From an uncultured bacterium (GTDB lineage: Bacteria > Fidelibacterota > Marinisomatia > Marinisomatales > UBA1611): DNA of 64,000 nucleotides. Both the position numbers and the translations under genes were made by a program. This document shows positions 19,222 through 29,525 of this stretch, one piece after another (position 1 is the first letter of the stretch; each line of letters begins with the position of its first letter). The notes under the pieces were generated by a model, which ran no database searches, was not told the origin of the DNA, and was given only the letters and a program-made list of their open reading frames with translations. Where the stretch lies: NCBI GenBank assembly GCA_943788175.1, contig CALSPG010000008.1, forward strand, positions 61,227-125,226. The letters run 5' to 3'.

Positions 19222-19827
19222 ATGTTTGATAGTGATGTAATAAAACAAGGCATTAAAAACAAATCTATCCTTAATGTTATGAGAGATATAGACAGAGGTA
19301 ACTTTGTCCCAAAGGAATATTCTGATGTAGCTTATGACGATTGTGCCATTCCTTTAGGTGAAAACCAAACAATCAGTCAGCCGTTTATCATTGCATTTAT
19401 GACTGAAAATTTAGAATTAAAACCAATGCATAAAGTACTTGAGATTGGAACGGGGTCAGGTTTCCAAACTGCGGTATTAAGTAAACTTGCAGATTTAGTA
19501 GTGTCTGTAGAAATAAATGAAGTATTAGCAAAAAAAGCTTTAATTAGATTAAATCAGTTAGGTTACTCAAATATATCTTTACATCACGGTGATGGTATTA
19601 AGGGTATTCCTAAATATGCTCCATATGATAGGATTTTAGTATCAGCGGCTTCCAGTGAAATCCCAAAAAAATTATTTGATCAATTATCAACTAATGGTCA
19701 GATGATTATACCGATTGGAAAACAATCAGAGGTGCAGTATTTATGGTTGATTAAAAAAATGAAAGATGGCCAAATGAAAAAAGAGAAAATTCTTCCTGTG
19801 CACTTTGTTTCGATTATAAAAGGTTAG
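19222..19827 (+). CDS. pcm: Protein-L-isoaspartate O-methyltransferase
   Basis: QTISQP, VLEIGTGSGFQ, APYDRI, QL..NGQMIIPIG. Confidence 0.95.
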   Translation: MFDSDVIKQGIKNKSILNVMRDIDRGNFVPKEYSDVAYDDCAIPLGENQTISQPFIIAFMTENLELKPMHKVLEIGTGSGFQTAVLSKLADLVVSVEINEVLAKKALIRLNQLGYSNISLHHGDGIKGIPKYAPYDRILVSAASSEIPKKLFDQLSTNGQMIIPIGKQSEVQYLWLIKKMKDGQMKKEKILPVHFVSIIKG

Positions 19828-20331
19828 ATGCTTCAAAAAATTATTATAACGTTTTTATTGTTTTCTTGCTCTTATGGACAATTAATATGGCATGAAGGGA
19901 ATCTAAAAAAAGTTGAGGAAGTATCTTTAGACATAGTTGTTAATGGCCAGGATGACCCTATATGGAAAGAAAAATTAACACAGATTGCGTTGTTATTTTT
20001 AGAAGGTTATAAACTGAAGATAGACCCCAAAGTTTTTTCTCCTTCAATGATTATTCAAATTAGTTTAATGAAATCAAAAGATTTAAATCGCTACTCATAC
20101 CAAGTCGAGCTGTCAGTTTTTGATTTATTTTTAACTAAAGAAATATATTTAAAAAACATCTCAAAAAAGAAAGTTTTAAAAAAGTTCAAAAAAGGAATTA
20201 TTTATCAGCAAAATTTAATGGGGCATTCTTCTGATAAAAAAATCATCCAAGATATAGAGGATTCGTTAGTAAAAATTTTAGATATGTTTATAAATAGCTG
20301 GTATCAAGATAACCCCATGAAACAGTTTTAA
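19828..20331 (+). CDS. Hypothetical exported protein
   Basis: 167-aa ORF abutting pcm; signal-peptide-like start. Confidence 0.7.
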   Translation: MLQKIIITFLLFSCSYGQLIWHEGNLKKVEEVSLDIVVNGQDDPIWKEKLTQIALLFLEGYKLKIDPKVFSPSMIIQISLMKSKDLNRYSYQVELSVFDLFLTKEIYLKNISKKKVLKKFKKGIIYQQNLMGHSSDKKIIQDIEDSLVKILDMFINSWYQDNPMKQF

Positions 20332-20356
20332 TTCTATGATTTGTTTCTACCCTTAT

Positions 20357-20384
20357 TTGACATTTCCTTTCTTCAGTGTAAATT
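20357..20384 (+). promoter_or_regulatory. Putative sigma70-type promoter
   Basis: TTGACA (20357) - 16 nt - TAAATT (20379), 18 nt before ATG 20403. Confidence 0.5.
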
Positions 20385-20402
20385 TATTAGTTTTATTAAA
20401 AA

Positions 20403-21929
20403 ATGAATTATATCAACAAAATATTAATTGTCGCTACTAATTGTGGCTTATTTATTGCATTTTGGTTTTTATTGACGGTAGATGCATCAGCTGCAGAAAG
20501 AATTGATTGGCAAGGTGGTGGTACAAAAACTGGAAAGCGATTAGCTGTTCTAGATTTTTCATCTGAAGGTATTTCTCTACCTATGCGAGATCTCTTAACC
20601 GAACAATTTCGACAAAACATTAAAAAACTAAATATTTATGAGGTTCTTGATGCTAGTATGACAAATCAGGTTGATATTTTTTATCCAGGGGAAAGGGTCT
20701 ATGGCGAATGTAAATCTAAAGCATGCATTTTAGAATTAGGTAAGATATTAAAAGTCAATTTTGTAGTGGCAGGTACGATTATAGAAAAAGAAAAAGAATA
20801 TTTTGTTAAAGGAAAAATGTATTCTATTGATTTAGAGCAGGAGGTTCAAGGGTTTTCAATTGATAATGTTAGTGCAATTGATAGTATTCGGCTTGAAATG
20901 AAAAAATTATCATACAATGTTAGTGGGTTGGAGGTGCCTGATACTCTAACAATCGAAGCATCTTCTGAAACATTAGGCTATTTAAAACCAAAAAAAGAAA
21001 AGCAGAAAACTCCTTGGCTTAGATTACCAAAAATCCCCAAAAAAGTTAGGTCCTTAGTTTATTCTACGTTTGTACCAGGAGCAGGACAGGTATATTCAAA
21101 ACGTTCTTATACAGGAATGGGCTTTTTTGGTACTGAAATTATAATCGGCGGGCTGGCACTACTTGCCCACTCAAATTATCAAAAATCTTGGGGAGGATTT
21201 GAAGAAAAATATACAAATTATCAAAGTGAAAACGATCCCGGTAAGCTAATTGAGCTTAGACCCGATATAATTCGTTATGCTAGTGATACAAAAAAGCATA
21301 ATAACTTTTTGAAGGGATTAAGAATTTTAGGTACATCTATTTGGGGCATAAATATGCTGCATGCTTATATCGTCGCTCCTGATGAGATATTTGTCAATGC
21401 TGGTAATTTTGGGTCTGTTGTTGATTCAAAATCAAAACCTAGAATGACTACATGGGATTTGCTATCAGGCTTTGGTCTAAGAGGCTCAATCATTAGGCCA
21501 ATTTTTAAAGGAAATTCTTTATCTGCTTATTCTCCGTACACTGACGGGGGGTTTTTAATTACTACACCAATAGGTCTTTATTTTGGTTCTGTTTTTACAT
21601 CATTGACTTATGAAGTTTCTAATTATTCATTTACATCCTCAACCTTTGATGATGAATACGAAGGGTCTAGTAATACGGTAGCGCTTAATTTTGATTTAAC
21701 TGAAAAAATATCTTTTGGTGGAAAGAGCCTTAGAAAATATTCTTTTTTAGGCAGGTCTTTTTATGATGATGGTAAAGGTTATGTACTTGGTGGTGATCTG
21801 ATCTATGATATAAGTACGTTCCCATTATCATTTGCGCTTTCAAGCAGAGCCAATTTGGTTAACACATCTTCATTAGGTAGTACAATGTGGGTTTCATTAG
21901 GAGTTAATGTCGGTGTTAAAATCCCATAA
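20403..21929 (+). CDS. Exported protein: CsgG/TolB-N-like domain, DUF5683-like segment, possible C-terminal beta-barrel
   Basis: RLAVLDF...ECKSKACILELGKILKVNFVVAGTI; RSLVYSTFVPGAGQVY; amphipathic strands ending VSLGVNVGVKIP. Confidence 0.7.
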   Translation: MNYINKILIVATNCGLFIAFWFLLTVDASAAERIDWQGGGTKTGKRLAVLDFSSEGISLPMRDLLTEQFRQNIKKLNIYEVLDASMTNQVDIFYPGERVYGECKSKACILELGKILKVNFVVAGTIIEKEKEYFVKGKMYSIDLEQEVQGFSIDNVSAIDSIRLEMKKLSYNVSGLEVPDTLTIEASSETLGYLKPKKEKQKTPWLRLPKIPKKVRSLVYSTFVPGAGQVYSKRSYTGMGFFGTEIIIGGLALLAHSNYQKSWGGFEEKYTNYQSENDPGKLIELRPDIIRYASDTKKHNNFLKGLRILGTSIWGINMLHAYIVAPDEIFVNAGNFGSVVDSKSKPRMTTWDLLSGFGLRGSIIRPIFKGNSLSAYSPYTDGGFLITTPIGLYFGSVFTSLTYEVSNYSFTSSTFDDEYEGSSNTVALNFDLTEKISFGGKSLRKYSFLGRSFYDDGKGYVLGGDLIYDISTFPLSFALSSRANLVNTSSLGSTMWVSLGVNVGVKIP

Positions 21930-22458
21930 AAATTTATTATATTTTATATTTGTACTTATTTTTTTGTACTCCTGCGATGATGCTAATTATGCGCTTGACA
22001 ATGAATTTGACCCAGAAAACCTTGGTTTAAATTCGCCAACAATATTTTTCCACCCTCCTGAATTTGAATCCATTAAAGTTGGCGAAAGCGATACGCTTGA
22101 ACTTTATTGTTATAAGGTCCAGAATGCTGCCGGCGCTCATTTGCAAATTGAGTTTGATTCTGAGATAATTCAGATCGATACTGTTAAGTATGGTGATTTT
22201 TTTATGAATGGTGTTAATAATCCCATTATGTTCACAGATCAAGAGGATGGCTTTTTAAACGTTTATCTATTTTTACAGCCAACCACAGTTGCAAGTAATT
22301 CAAGTGGCACCATGTCTATGGCTAAAATATTATTTACTGTAAAAGATGAAGGCTTAGCGCCAATAAGGTATACAAATAATACTGTACTTAGAAATGAAAA
22401 CAATACTTCGATTTTTCTAAATAGCTACGGTGAAGGCTTAATCAATGCCGTTCAATAA
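21907..22458 (+). CDS. Lipoprotein with cohesin-like domain
   Basis: Lipobox LYSC; IKVGESDTLEL...GAHLQIEFDSEII...GDFF...SSGTMSMAKILFTVKDEG pattern. Confidence 0.72.
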   Translation: MSVLKSHKNLLYFIFVLIFLYSCDDANYALDNEFDPENLGLNSPTIFFHPPEFESIKVGESDTLELYCYKVQNAAGAHLQIEFDSEIIQIDTVKYGDFFMNGVNNPIMFTDQEDGFLNVYLFLQPTTVASNSSGTMSMAKILFTVKDEGLAPIRYTNNTVLRNENNTSIFLNSYGEGLINAVQ

Positions 22459-25400
22459 AATAACAGCATTATTAATTATTTTAAGTTTTTCAGTACCCGC
22501 GACCATAAATGCCCAATGTGAAGATGATGTTAATCTAACAATATCAGTAGATGATTTCCCTATTGAGCTTTCTGGGTCAACAACAGCAAGCGGAGATGAT
22601 TTTGTAGTTTACAGCTCAGGAACCACAGACATATTAGCAGGGTACCTTACAAATGATGTGATATATAAATTTTCTATTGGATTTTCTGATGAAGATGGTG
22701 ATGGAGAGAATGATGAGGGTATAAACTTATTTGCCGATATGTGTAGAAGTGGGGTGAATTTTGATGCTTCGATTGCAATAGTTAAAGCGGATGGTATAGA
22801 TTGTAAAAACATTGATGAAAATGAATTAATTGCTAGCGAAATTTTTTCTTACGAATTAATTGATTCAGGTGTATTATGCCCTAGCGCTGTAGATTTTAGT
22901 CCTCCTGATTATTTACCAATAGCTAGAGAGATATATTTGGATGAACAAGGAGATTATTACATAGTGGTAGATGGCCATAATGTTGGTAATACAGGTGATT
23001 TTAATATTGTCATTGGTGAAATGTCTCACTTTTCTGATTATAAAAATCTGCATCCTCAAAATTTGTTTGTTGATATCGATTTTTCAAATGAAGTATATGG
23101 TGTAAATGATGGAGAGGTTTGGAGTATTGGTTCTATTTTAAATGGTGAAGATTATTTTGAAATTAGAGATGAAAATGGTTTTAATGTTGGGCTAGGTGAA
23201 TTACTCAATGAAAACGGTGGCTTATTGCAACAGAATACTGGTTATAGTACAATTAGATTTCCATTAATTAATCCGCCGAATTATGGTTCCTATATCTATG
23301 TAACTGTAAAAGATCATATTTTTGCAACGCGTGATGAAAATGGAGAAATCCTTTCTCAAATTACTGCACCTCATTTAATAAACAGTGAAAGCATTCCATT
23401 TACTATTGGCGATACCATTTATATTGAATTATATGATATTATCCCCCCTAGAATAACAATTGAGGGTATAAGTGTTGAATCTGATCCTATGATTGTTGAT
23501 CCGAATGAAAATATAATTATTTATTCATCTGAAGAACTTTTTAAAAATCAAGATGAGGTGTCTGCAGCGAATCTATCGGACTATATCTCGCTTTCATTTC
23601 TTGAAAGTGGAGCCCCTTTAGGTTTTAGCATCGATGTTAGTGATGATTTGCGAGTAATTCAGATTGATCCAGATGATTCTTTTGTTGACTCGCAATGGGA
23701 AGATATTCAAATAACTATATTAAACCAAAATGCTAGCGGTGTTTCTTTAAATGATGAATCGGGCAATCAGATAACTGCTAAATCATCGAATATTCGAATA
23801 AATGATATTGTAAACCCATTATTTACTAGCGCCGTAATTGACAGCAATTCAAATACACTAGTAATTATATCTATGAATGAAGAAATATATAAAGATTACG
23901 CAGACCTGGTCGCTTCTGGAGGGTTAAACACCGGTCACTTTGATTTAGCTATTTCAAGCAATGATTTAAATAATGTCCAAACTGTATTGGTAGAAAATGT
24001 TATTAAGGTTGATAGTTTTGAACCAGTTGTAGGGGGAGAGACTAGTCTTAGATTGCAGTTAATTTTAGATCCACCTAATGCTTCAGGTACTGAAGTAGTT
24101 ACAATATCTACCACTTTTTTACCAATAAGGGATCGCGCTGGGAATCAAGTTTTGAATCAAGTAACCTTTAATTTAAAAGATGAATTAGCACCAACATTAT
24201 TGCAAGTATCTCCTGACCCTGATAACGCTATATTACCCAGTAGTAATATAATTTTACTATTTAGTGAAACTGTAAAAAGTTATAACGAAACCGATTTAAG
24301 TATAAATGATTTAAATGATAGTGAATTTAAAAAAATTGTACATTTAATTAATCAAAATGGCGATACCTTAGATTATCAAACTGAATTTAATATTGATACA
24401 ACCTCAATTACTTTGGATCCAGATATTCTATTTACTGAATTAGAAATATTTACACTTTCTATTAATAGCTCAACTTTATGTGATAGTGACACAAATTTCA
24501 CTGTGGCTTATAATTTTGAGTATGAGGTCGCGGATGTTTCTCCACCTAGTTTTATTGAAGACTCTTTTGGTCGGGGCAATGATTATGTGTTGATTCAAAT
24601 GAGCGAGAATGTTTTCAGTAATTCTGTTGCGACAGAGCCTCTTACTGTTCAAGACTTTAATCTTGAAGTGGATTATGGCGATTTAAATGGTGCACAATCT
24701 ATTTATCTCGAATCAGTAGCTGATACATCAGGAGGTAACCCAGCAATTGGTGAAACAATATTTCGGTTGAATTTAAAAGTTGTTGGCTCTGCAAATGGGA
24801 CTGAAAGCATTTTGGTAAGACCAACTCCAAATGAAATTTATGATGCTGGGGGTAATATTATGAGCGCTACTGAAGTAACAGAACAATTTTATTTACTACC
24901 ATCACCTATTTTCGGACAAAACAGTAGCCTTAGTTCAGATAATGGGTTCTTTAGATTGATATTCGAAAACGGTCCTGTTTTTTCAAATGAGTTATCTAAT
25001 TCTGGCCTTGTCATTCAAGATTTTAAAGTATTGCTCACATCAAATGATGATACCATAAGTGAGGTGTTCCCACTCTATGTTGTTGATGAAAATAATAATT
25101 TGCTTGATAATGAAGGCGCAGACACAATAAAACTTGATGTTAGCCTTGATTTTATTCCAACTGGTGGTGAAATAATTAGAATATTTCCTGAATCTTCAAA
25201 TGCAATTTATAATGAAAATGGTGTTAACATGGATTCATCAGAATTTGCTGGGCCGTTTATTTTAAATGATCAATTAAGACCATTTTATAGTTCAAATATC
25301 ACGAATGAGAGTAATAATGTATCATATAACGATACATTAATTTTTAGCTTTAATGAACCTATTAGACTATTAAATGGTCAGCCTCTAACTGATGATTCTG

Positions 25401-27271
25401 CTTTAGAAAGTTTTAAATTAATAGACGTATCTAGGTATGAAGATATAGTGGTTTCAACTCCTGACTCTACTATCATAATCCCCCCAGACAGTGCTATTGA
25501 TTATGTAACATACTATACAATAGTGAATGATCCATCGCCTGATAGTATTTGGGTTATAATGACCCAACCTTTTGGAAGTGAGCACATAATGTCTGTAATA
25601 ATTGAAAATAACTTTGAGGATTTTTCAGGTAATCAAATTTTAGCAAGAGATACTATAACATTCACAACATCAGATAATATTGCGCCTGATTTTATTTCTG
25701 GTTCAGCTAAAATTGATTCTAATTTGTATATGACTTTACAAAATAATCCATCTGAGGCATCCCGAAAAATTTGTGCAGTGCACTTTTCTATTGATGATAA
25801 TGTATTTACAGATAACTCAGGGTTTAATTTTATAGCAGTTAATGATTTCAATGTTGAGGTATTTAAAAATAATGGTTTTGTTTCAAGTGCAAATATTGAA
25901 GAAATTGAGATTTTTGACCACTCTGAAGAAGGTAAAGACTCTATTAAGTTACAAATAAAATTTGATGAAGTGCCCTCTGGTAAAGAGCAATTTCTTATTC
26001 GACCAGCTAATAATTCAGCAATTTATGATTTAGGTCTAAATGCAATGAGTGTAGATAGCACTAGTGATACTCTTTTCACATATGATTTGCGATTTCCTAC
26101 AATTGACTCCACTAATATTGAACATGAAGGGTTTGTTGACTTGATAATTGATTCAGTCATTTCAATATATTTTTCAGAGTCCATTGATGTTGAATCTTTT
26201 TCATATAATTTCACTTCAAAACGTGATACTCTAGGATTTGATCACGCCTATAGGCTTAATCCAGATACTTTATTTTTAATTCTAGATTCCACAATAATGT
26301 CTTACGATACTCTAGAACTTGAGGTTCTTAATATTAAAGATACCTCAGGTAATGTTAGAGATAGTTTATTAAGTAGACGTTTTTTTACAAAAGCGGCCGG
26401 TGATTTTAGTAATCCTCCTGATGACAGAGTTAGTTTAGAAGATTTGGCGCTTTTTATATCAAGTTGGAATTCAAACGATTATTCTAAAAACCTTGGACCT
26501 TATATTGGAAGCCCTCCAAATATTAAAATAACACAAGATAGCCTTTTTGGAATTGATGATGGAATGGCTTTTACTCAAATGTGGCTATGGTCATTAAAAA
26601 AATATGGACCAGTTGAGTTAGTTGATGAAATTTTAGTTCCTGACCAGTCCTCATTGATTCAGATTACTGAGGAAACATTAAGCATTATTCCACAAAGAGA
26701 AACTAGGTATGGCCAAATAATTTTTGATTATGGTCAAAATATAAATACTGTTACGGCAATTGATAATTTTCAAATTAATAATAATGGTACTATGCTAAAA
26801 AGTATCAATGATTTTGAGGGTCTTGGCGTTATCGAATTTGCTACTTCTAATAAATTGACTACATCGTTGGGTTTTGATTTTAAAAAAAGTCATAATGAAG
26901 ATTTAGATGTGCGTATTCGTTATACATTTTTTGATGACAATTTTAATATTATTGAATCTAAAGATAGTGTCATAAACCAAATCAAAATTCCTAGCGAGTT
27001 TTCATTAATGAAAAACTATCCAAACCCTTTTAACCCAAAAACGAATATTCAATTCTCGGTACCTGAACATTCTTTTGTGAAGTTATTTATCTATGATATA
27101 AACGGTAAGACCATTTCAAAAATTATAAATAGTGAATTAGAAATAGGACATTATAAGGTATCCTGGAATGGAACAAATGAACTTGGTCGGAAAGTTGGTT
27201 CGGGCGTTTATATCTATCGTCTCCAAGCCAAAAATTTTACGAGTTCACAAAAAATGATTTTTATAAAGTAA
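22445..27271 (+). CDS. 1608-aa secreted acidic protein: tandem Ig-like (Big_5-type) domains, dockerin-like segment, T9SS-type/FlgD C-terminal sorting domain
   Basis: Signal peptide; recurring D..P domain starts (DIIPP, DELAP, DVSPP, DNIAP); C-terminal FSLMKNYPNPFNPKTNIQF...WNGTNELGRKVGSGVYIYRL...KMIFIK. Confidence 0.85.
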   Translation: MPFNKITALLIILSFSVPATINAQCEDDVNLTISVDDFPIELSGSTTASGDDFVVYSSGTTDILAGYLTNDVIYKFSIGFSDEDGDGENDEGINLFADMCRSGVNFDASIAIVKADGIDCKNIDENELIASEIFSYELIDSGVLCPSAVDFSPPDYLPIAREIYLDEQGDYYIVVDGHNVGNTGDFNIVIGEMSHFSDYKNLHPQNLFVDIDFSNEVYGVNDGEVWSIGSILNGEDYFEIRDENGFNVGLGELLNENGGLLQQNTGYSTIRFPLINPPNYGSYIYVTVKDHIFATRDENGEILSQITAPHLINSESIPFTIGDTIYIELYDIIPPRITIEGISVESDPMIVDPNENIIIYSSEELFKNQDEVSAANLSDYISLSFLESGAPLGFSIDVSDDLRVIQIDPDDSFVDSQWEDIQITILNQNASGVSLNDESGNQITAKSSNIRINDIVNPLFTSAVIDSNSNTLVIISMNEEIYKDYADLVASGGLNTGHFDLAISSNDLNNVQTVLVENVIKVDSFEPVVGGETSLRLQLILDPPNASGTEVVTISTTFLPIRDRAGNQVLNQVTFNLKDELAPTLLQVSPDPDNAILPSSNIILLFSETVKSYNETDLSINDLNDSEFKKIVHLINQNGDTLDYQTEFNIDTTSITLDPDILFTELEIFTLSINSSTLCDSDTNFTVAYNFEYEVADVSPPSFIEDSFGRGNDYVLIQMSENVFSNSVATEPLTVQDFNLEVDYGDLNGAQSIYLESVADTSGGNPAIGETIFRLNLKVVGSANGTESILVRPTPNEIYDAGGNIMSATEVTEQFYLLPSPIFGQNSSLSSDNGFFRLIFENGPVFSNELSNSGLVIQDFKVLLTSNDDTISEVFPLYVVDENNNLLDNEGADTIKLDVSLDFIPTGGEIIRIFPESSNAIYNENGVNMDSSEFAGPFILNDQLRPFYSSNITNESNNVSYNDTLIFSFNEPIRLLNGQPLTDDSALESFKLIDVSRYEDIVVSTPDSTIIIPPDSAIDYVTYYTIVNDPSPDSIWVIMTQPFGSEHIMSVIIENNFEDFSGNQILARDTITFTTSDNIAPDFISGSAKIDSNLYMTLQNNPSEASRKICAVHFSIDDNVFTDNSGFNFIAVNDFNVEVFKNNGFVSSANIEEIEIFDHSEEGKDSIKLQIKFDEVPSGKEQFLIRPANNSAIYDLGLNAMSVDSTSDTLFTYDLRFPTIDSTNIEHEGFVDLIIDSVISIYFSESIDVESFSYNFTSKRDTLGFDHAYRLNPDTLFLILDSTIMSYDTLELEVLNIKDTSGNVRDSLLSRRFFTKAAGDFSNPPDDRVSLEDLALFISSWNSNDYSKNLGPYIGSPPNIKITQDSLFGIDDGMAFTQMWLWSLKKYGPVELVDEILVPDQSSLIQITEETLSIIPQRETRYGQIIFDYGQNINTVTAIDNFQINNNGTMLKSINDFEGLGVIEFATSNKLTTSLGFDFKKSHNEDLDVRIRYTFFDDNFNIIESKDSVINQIKIPSEFSLMKNYPNPFNPKTNIQFSVPEHSFVKLFIYDINGKTISKIINSELEIGHYKVSWNGTNELGRKVGSGVYIYRLQAKNFTSSQKMIFIK

Positions 27272-27272
27272 T

Positions 27273-27292
27273 GTTTAACTGACCAGTTAAAC
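27273..27292. promoter_or_regulatory. Perfect inverted repeat, candidate repressor operator upstream of the MATE gene
   Basis: GTTTAACTG-AC-CAGTTAAAC; a 2-nt loop and no U-tract argue against a terminator. Confidence 0.5.
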
Positions 27293-27342
27293 TAAGATTT
27301 AATAGTATAGTAAGTTAATCACAGGAGGAACGTAAGTTTTCC

Positions 27343-28737
27343 TTGATGCAAGAACAAACAAAGTCTAAGTCCCGCTTAAAAGTATTTTTAGAAAACCCTT
27401 CTAAAGCTTTATGGTCTTTAGCAGTACCTATTATGTTTGGTATGGGCATACAAACATTATATAACCTAGTTGATATGATATTTATCGGAAGATTAGGTGG
27501 TCAAGCAATAACTGGGATAGCATTCAATATGCCTTTATTCTTTTTAGTTCTAGGCTTAACTATGGGACTAGGTACAGGCGTCACAGCTGCTATTGCAAGA
27601 TTCATAGGAGAGGATAATAAAAGGCAAGCTGATAATTGTGCAGAGCATGCCGTATTTATGGCAGCATTGATTAGTATTCTATTATCGTCTACTGGATTAC
27701 TTTTTGGTAGAGAAATTTTATCATTATTTGGGGCAGAAGGTGAAATATTAAATTTAGGTTGGGAGTATCTTCATGTGATGTGTATCGGTATGCCTTTCAT
27801 GATATTTTCTGGTTTTTTTAGATCTATACTTTCTGGCGAGGGAGATATGAAATTTCCAATGATGGTGGCTGGTTTAGGTACGGTTTTAAATATTATTTTA
27901 GATCCAATTTTTATTTTTGAGTTGGATAGTTATGGTGGCTTTGGCTTCGGTTTAGGTATCGCTGGAGCTGCAATGGCCACTGTTATAAGTCAAGTAGTAG
28001 TCTTTTTGGTTTTTATATTTATGCTATTCTTCAAAGACCATTCTTACATCTCTTTTAATCTTAATGATTTTAAGTTTTCAACAGATATTCTATGGGACAT
28101 TATTAAAATAGGACTCCCTGCATCCTTATCGATGATTGTAATGGCCGTAGGACAAGGGGTCTTTAATAAGATCCTTGCCCATATATCAGTTGAAACTGTT
28201 GCAGCTTATCAAGTAGCAGGTAGATTAGACATGTTAGTGTTTCTACCAATTTTTTCAATTGCGGCATCTCTCACCACATTAGTTGGAATGTTTTATGGTG
28301 CAAAAGAATATGAAGCTTTGAGATTTACAATTAGGTATGGAATTGTTTCAGCACTAATAATAACTATTTTTTCTTCAGCAATGGTTTATATTTTCGCTGA
28401 TCAGGTAGTCAGGTTTTTTACTGAGGATGAATCAATAGTAATAATTGCTGTTAATTTTTTACAAATCTTTGCATTTGCTTATCCATTTATTGCAGTAGGA
28501 ATAACCACGGGAAGAGTATTGCAAGGATTAGGTAAAGGGTTGCCTGTTTTAATTATAACAATAGTAAGGGTACTTGGTATTTCCGCACCTCTATCATTGT
28601 TTTTTATTTTTATTATGGGAAAGTCCGTTGAATGGGTCTGGTACTCGATGTCGATCTCAACAGTTGTAGCGTTCGTTATTGGTCTTACATGGTTATTTTC
28701 TACTATCAAAAAACTACCAGTAAAAAATGAATTATAA
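27343..28737 (+). CDS. MATE-family efflux transporter
   Basis: LAVPIM..M.IQTLYNLVDMIFIG, LNIILDPIFIF, GIAGAAMAT; 12 TM; AGGAGG RBS. Confidence 0.95.
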   Translation: MMQEQTKSKSRLKVFLENPSKALWSLAVPIMFGMGIQTLYNLVDMIFIGRLGGQAITGIAFNMPLFFLVLGLTMGLGTGVTAAIARFIGEDNKRQADNCAEHAVFMAALISILLSSTGLLFGREILSLFGAEGEILNLGWEYLHVMCIGMPFMIFSGFFRSILSGEGDMKFPMMVAGLGTVLNIILDPIFIFELDSYGGFGFGLGIAGAAMATVISQVVVFLVFIFMLFFKDHSYISFNLNDFKFSTDILWDIIKIGLPASLSMIVMAVGQGVFNKILAHISVETVAAYQVAGRLDMLVFLPIFSIAASLTTLVGMFYGAKEYEALRFTIRYGIVSALIITIFSSAMVYIFADQVVRFFTEDESIVIIAVNFLQIFAFAYPFIAVGITTGRVLQGLGKGLPVLIITIVRVLGISAPLSLFFIFIMGKSVEWVWYSMSISTVVAFVIGLTWLFSTIKKLPVKNEL

Positions 28738-28749
28738 ATAAATTCAGAT

Positions 28750-29523
28750 TTAGTTCTTATCGTATTTAGAAATACTACTTTTTGATTTGTTTATTACCCA
28801 GTCATAAAAAAACTGTGGCAAAATATTAAAAGCTTTCACAAATAATTTCATTTGCCATGGATATATATATGTTTTCTTACCAACTTCAATTGCTTTTATA
28901 AATGCTTTTGAAGCTGTATTAGTATCCCTTAGGAATGGTTTAAATAAGATTTTTTCTGTCATTGGAGTATCTATAAATCCAGGACAAATTGAGATTGCTT
29001 TAATTCCATTTTCAACAAGTATTGGTCTCCAAGAATCAAATAACCTTCTTACAGCTACCTTCGAAGCTGAATATCCTCCTTTATGTGGAATTGGTATAAA
29101 GCTAGCTACTGAACTTACAACGACAATGCTGCCACTTTTTTGTTCTTTCATCCTAGGTAGAAATGGTAATATAGTGTTCGTTACTCCAAGAATATTAGTC
29201 TCTAAAACTCTATTTATTTTCTCACTAGAACCTGAAAAGATTTCATCGCTGCTTCCGACGCCAGAATTAGCAATTAATATATCGATACCTCCAGCTACTT
29301 CAATAAAACTTTTTGCCGATTGTTCACATTCAGATTTTTTTCTTACGTCAGTTTTATAAATGAATATTTTACACTTTAATGATTTGCATTCTTCTTTTAT
29401 TATTTTTAATAAATCGATTCTTCTTGAAGCTAGGCCAAGTACTACCTCTTCATTTGCATAATTAATTGCTAGAGCTTTTCCAATCCCTGTACTTGCGCCC
29501 ATTATAAATATTTTTTTTTGCAT
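28750..29523 (-). CDS. SDR-family oxidoreductase
   Basis: GASTGIG, ANSG, YSASK, PGFIDT. Confidence 0.93.
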   Translation of the reverse strand: MQKKIFIMGASTGIGKALAINYANEEVVLGLASRRIDLLKIIKEECKSLKCKIFIYKTDVRKKSECEQSAKSFIEVAGGIDILIANSGVGSSDEIFSGSSEKINRVLETNILGVTNTILPFLPRMKEQKSGSIVVVSSVASFIPIPHKGGYSASKVAVRRLFDSWRPILVENGIKAISICPGFIDTPMTEKILFKPFLRDTNTASKAFIKAIEVGKKTYIYPWQMKLFVKAFNILPQFFYDWVINKSKSSISKYDKN

Positions 29524-29525
29524 AA

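Noticed and set aside
19182-19224. Frameshifted N-terminal extension of pcm (TTG 19182, T-run at 19217-19221)
   Set aside because: Removing one T would add 13 residues, but the ORF from 19222 already has the core motifs; cannot be supported without reads
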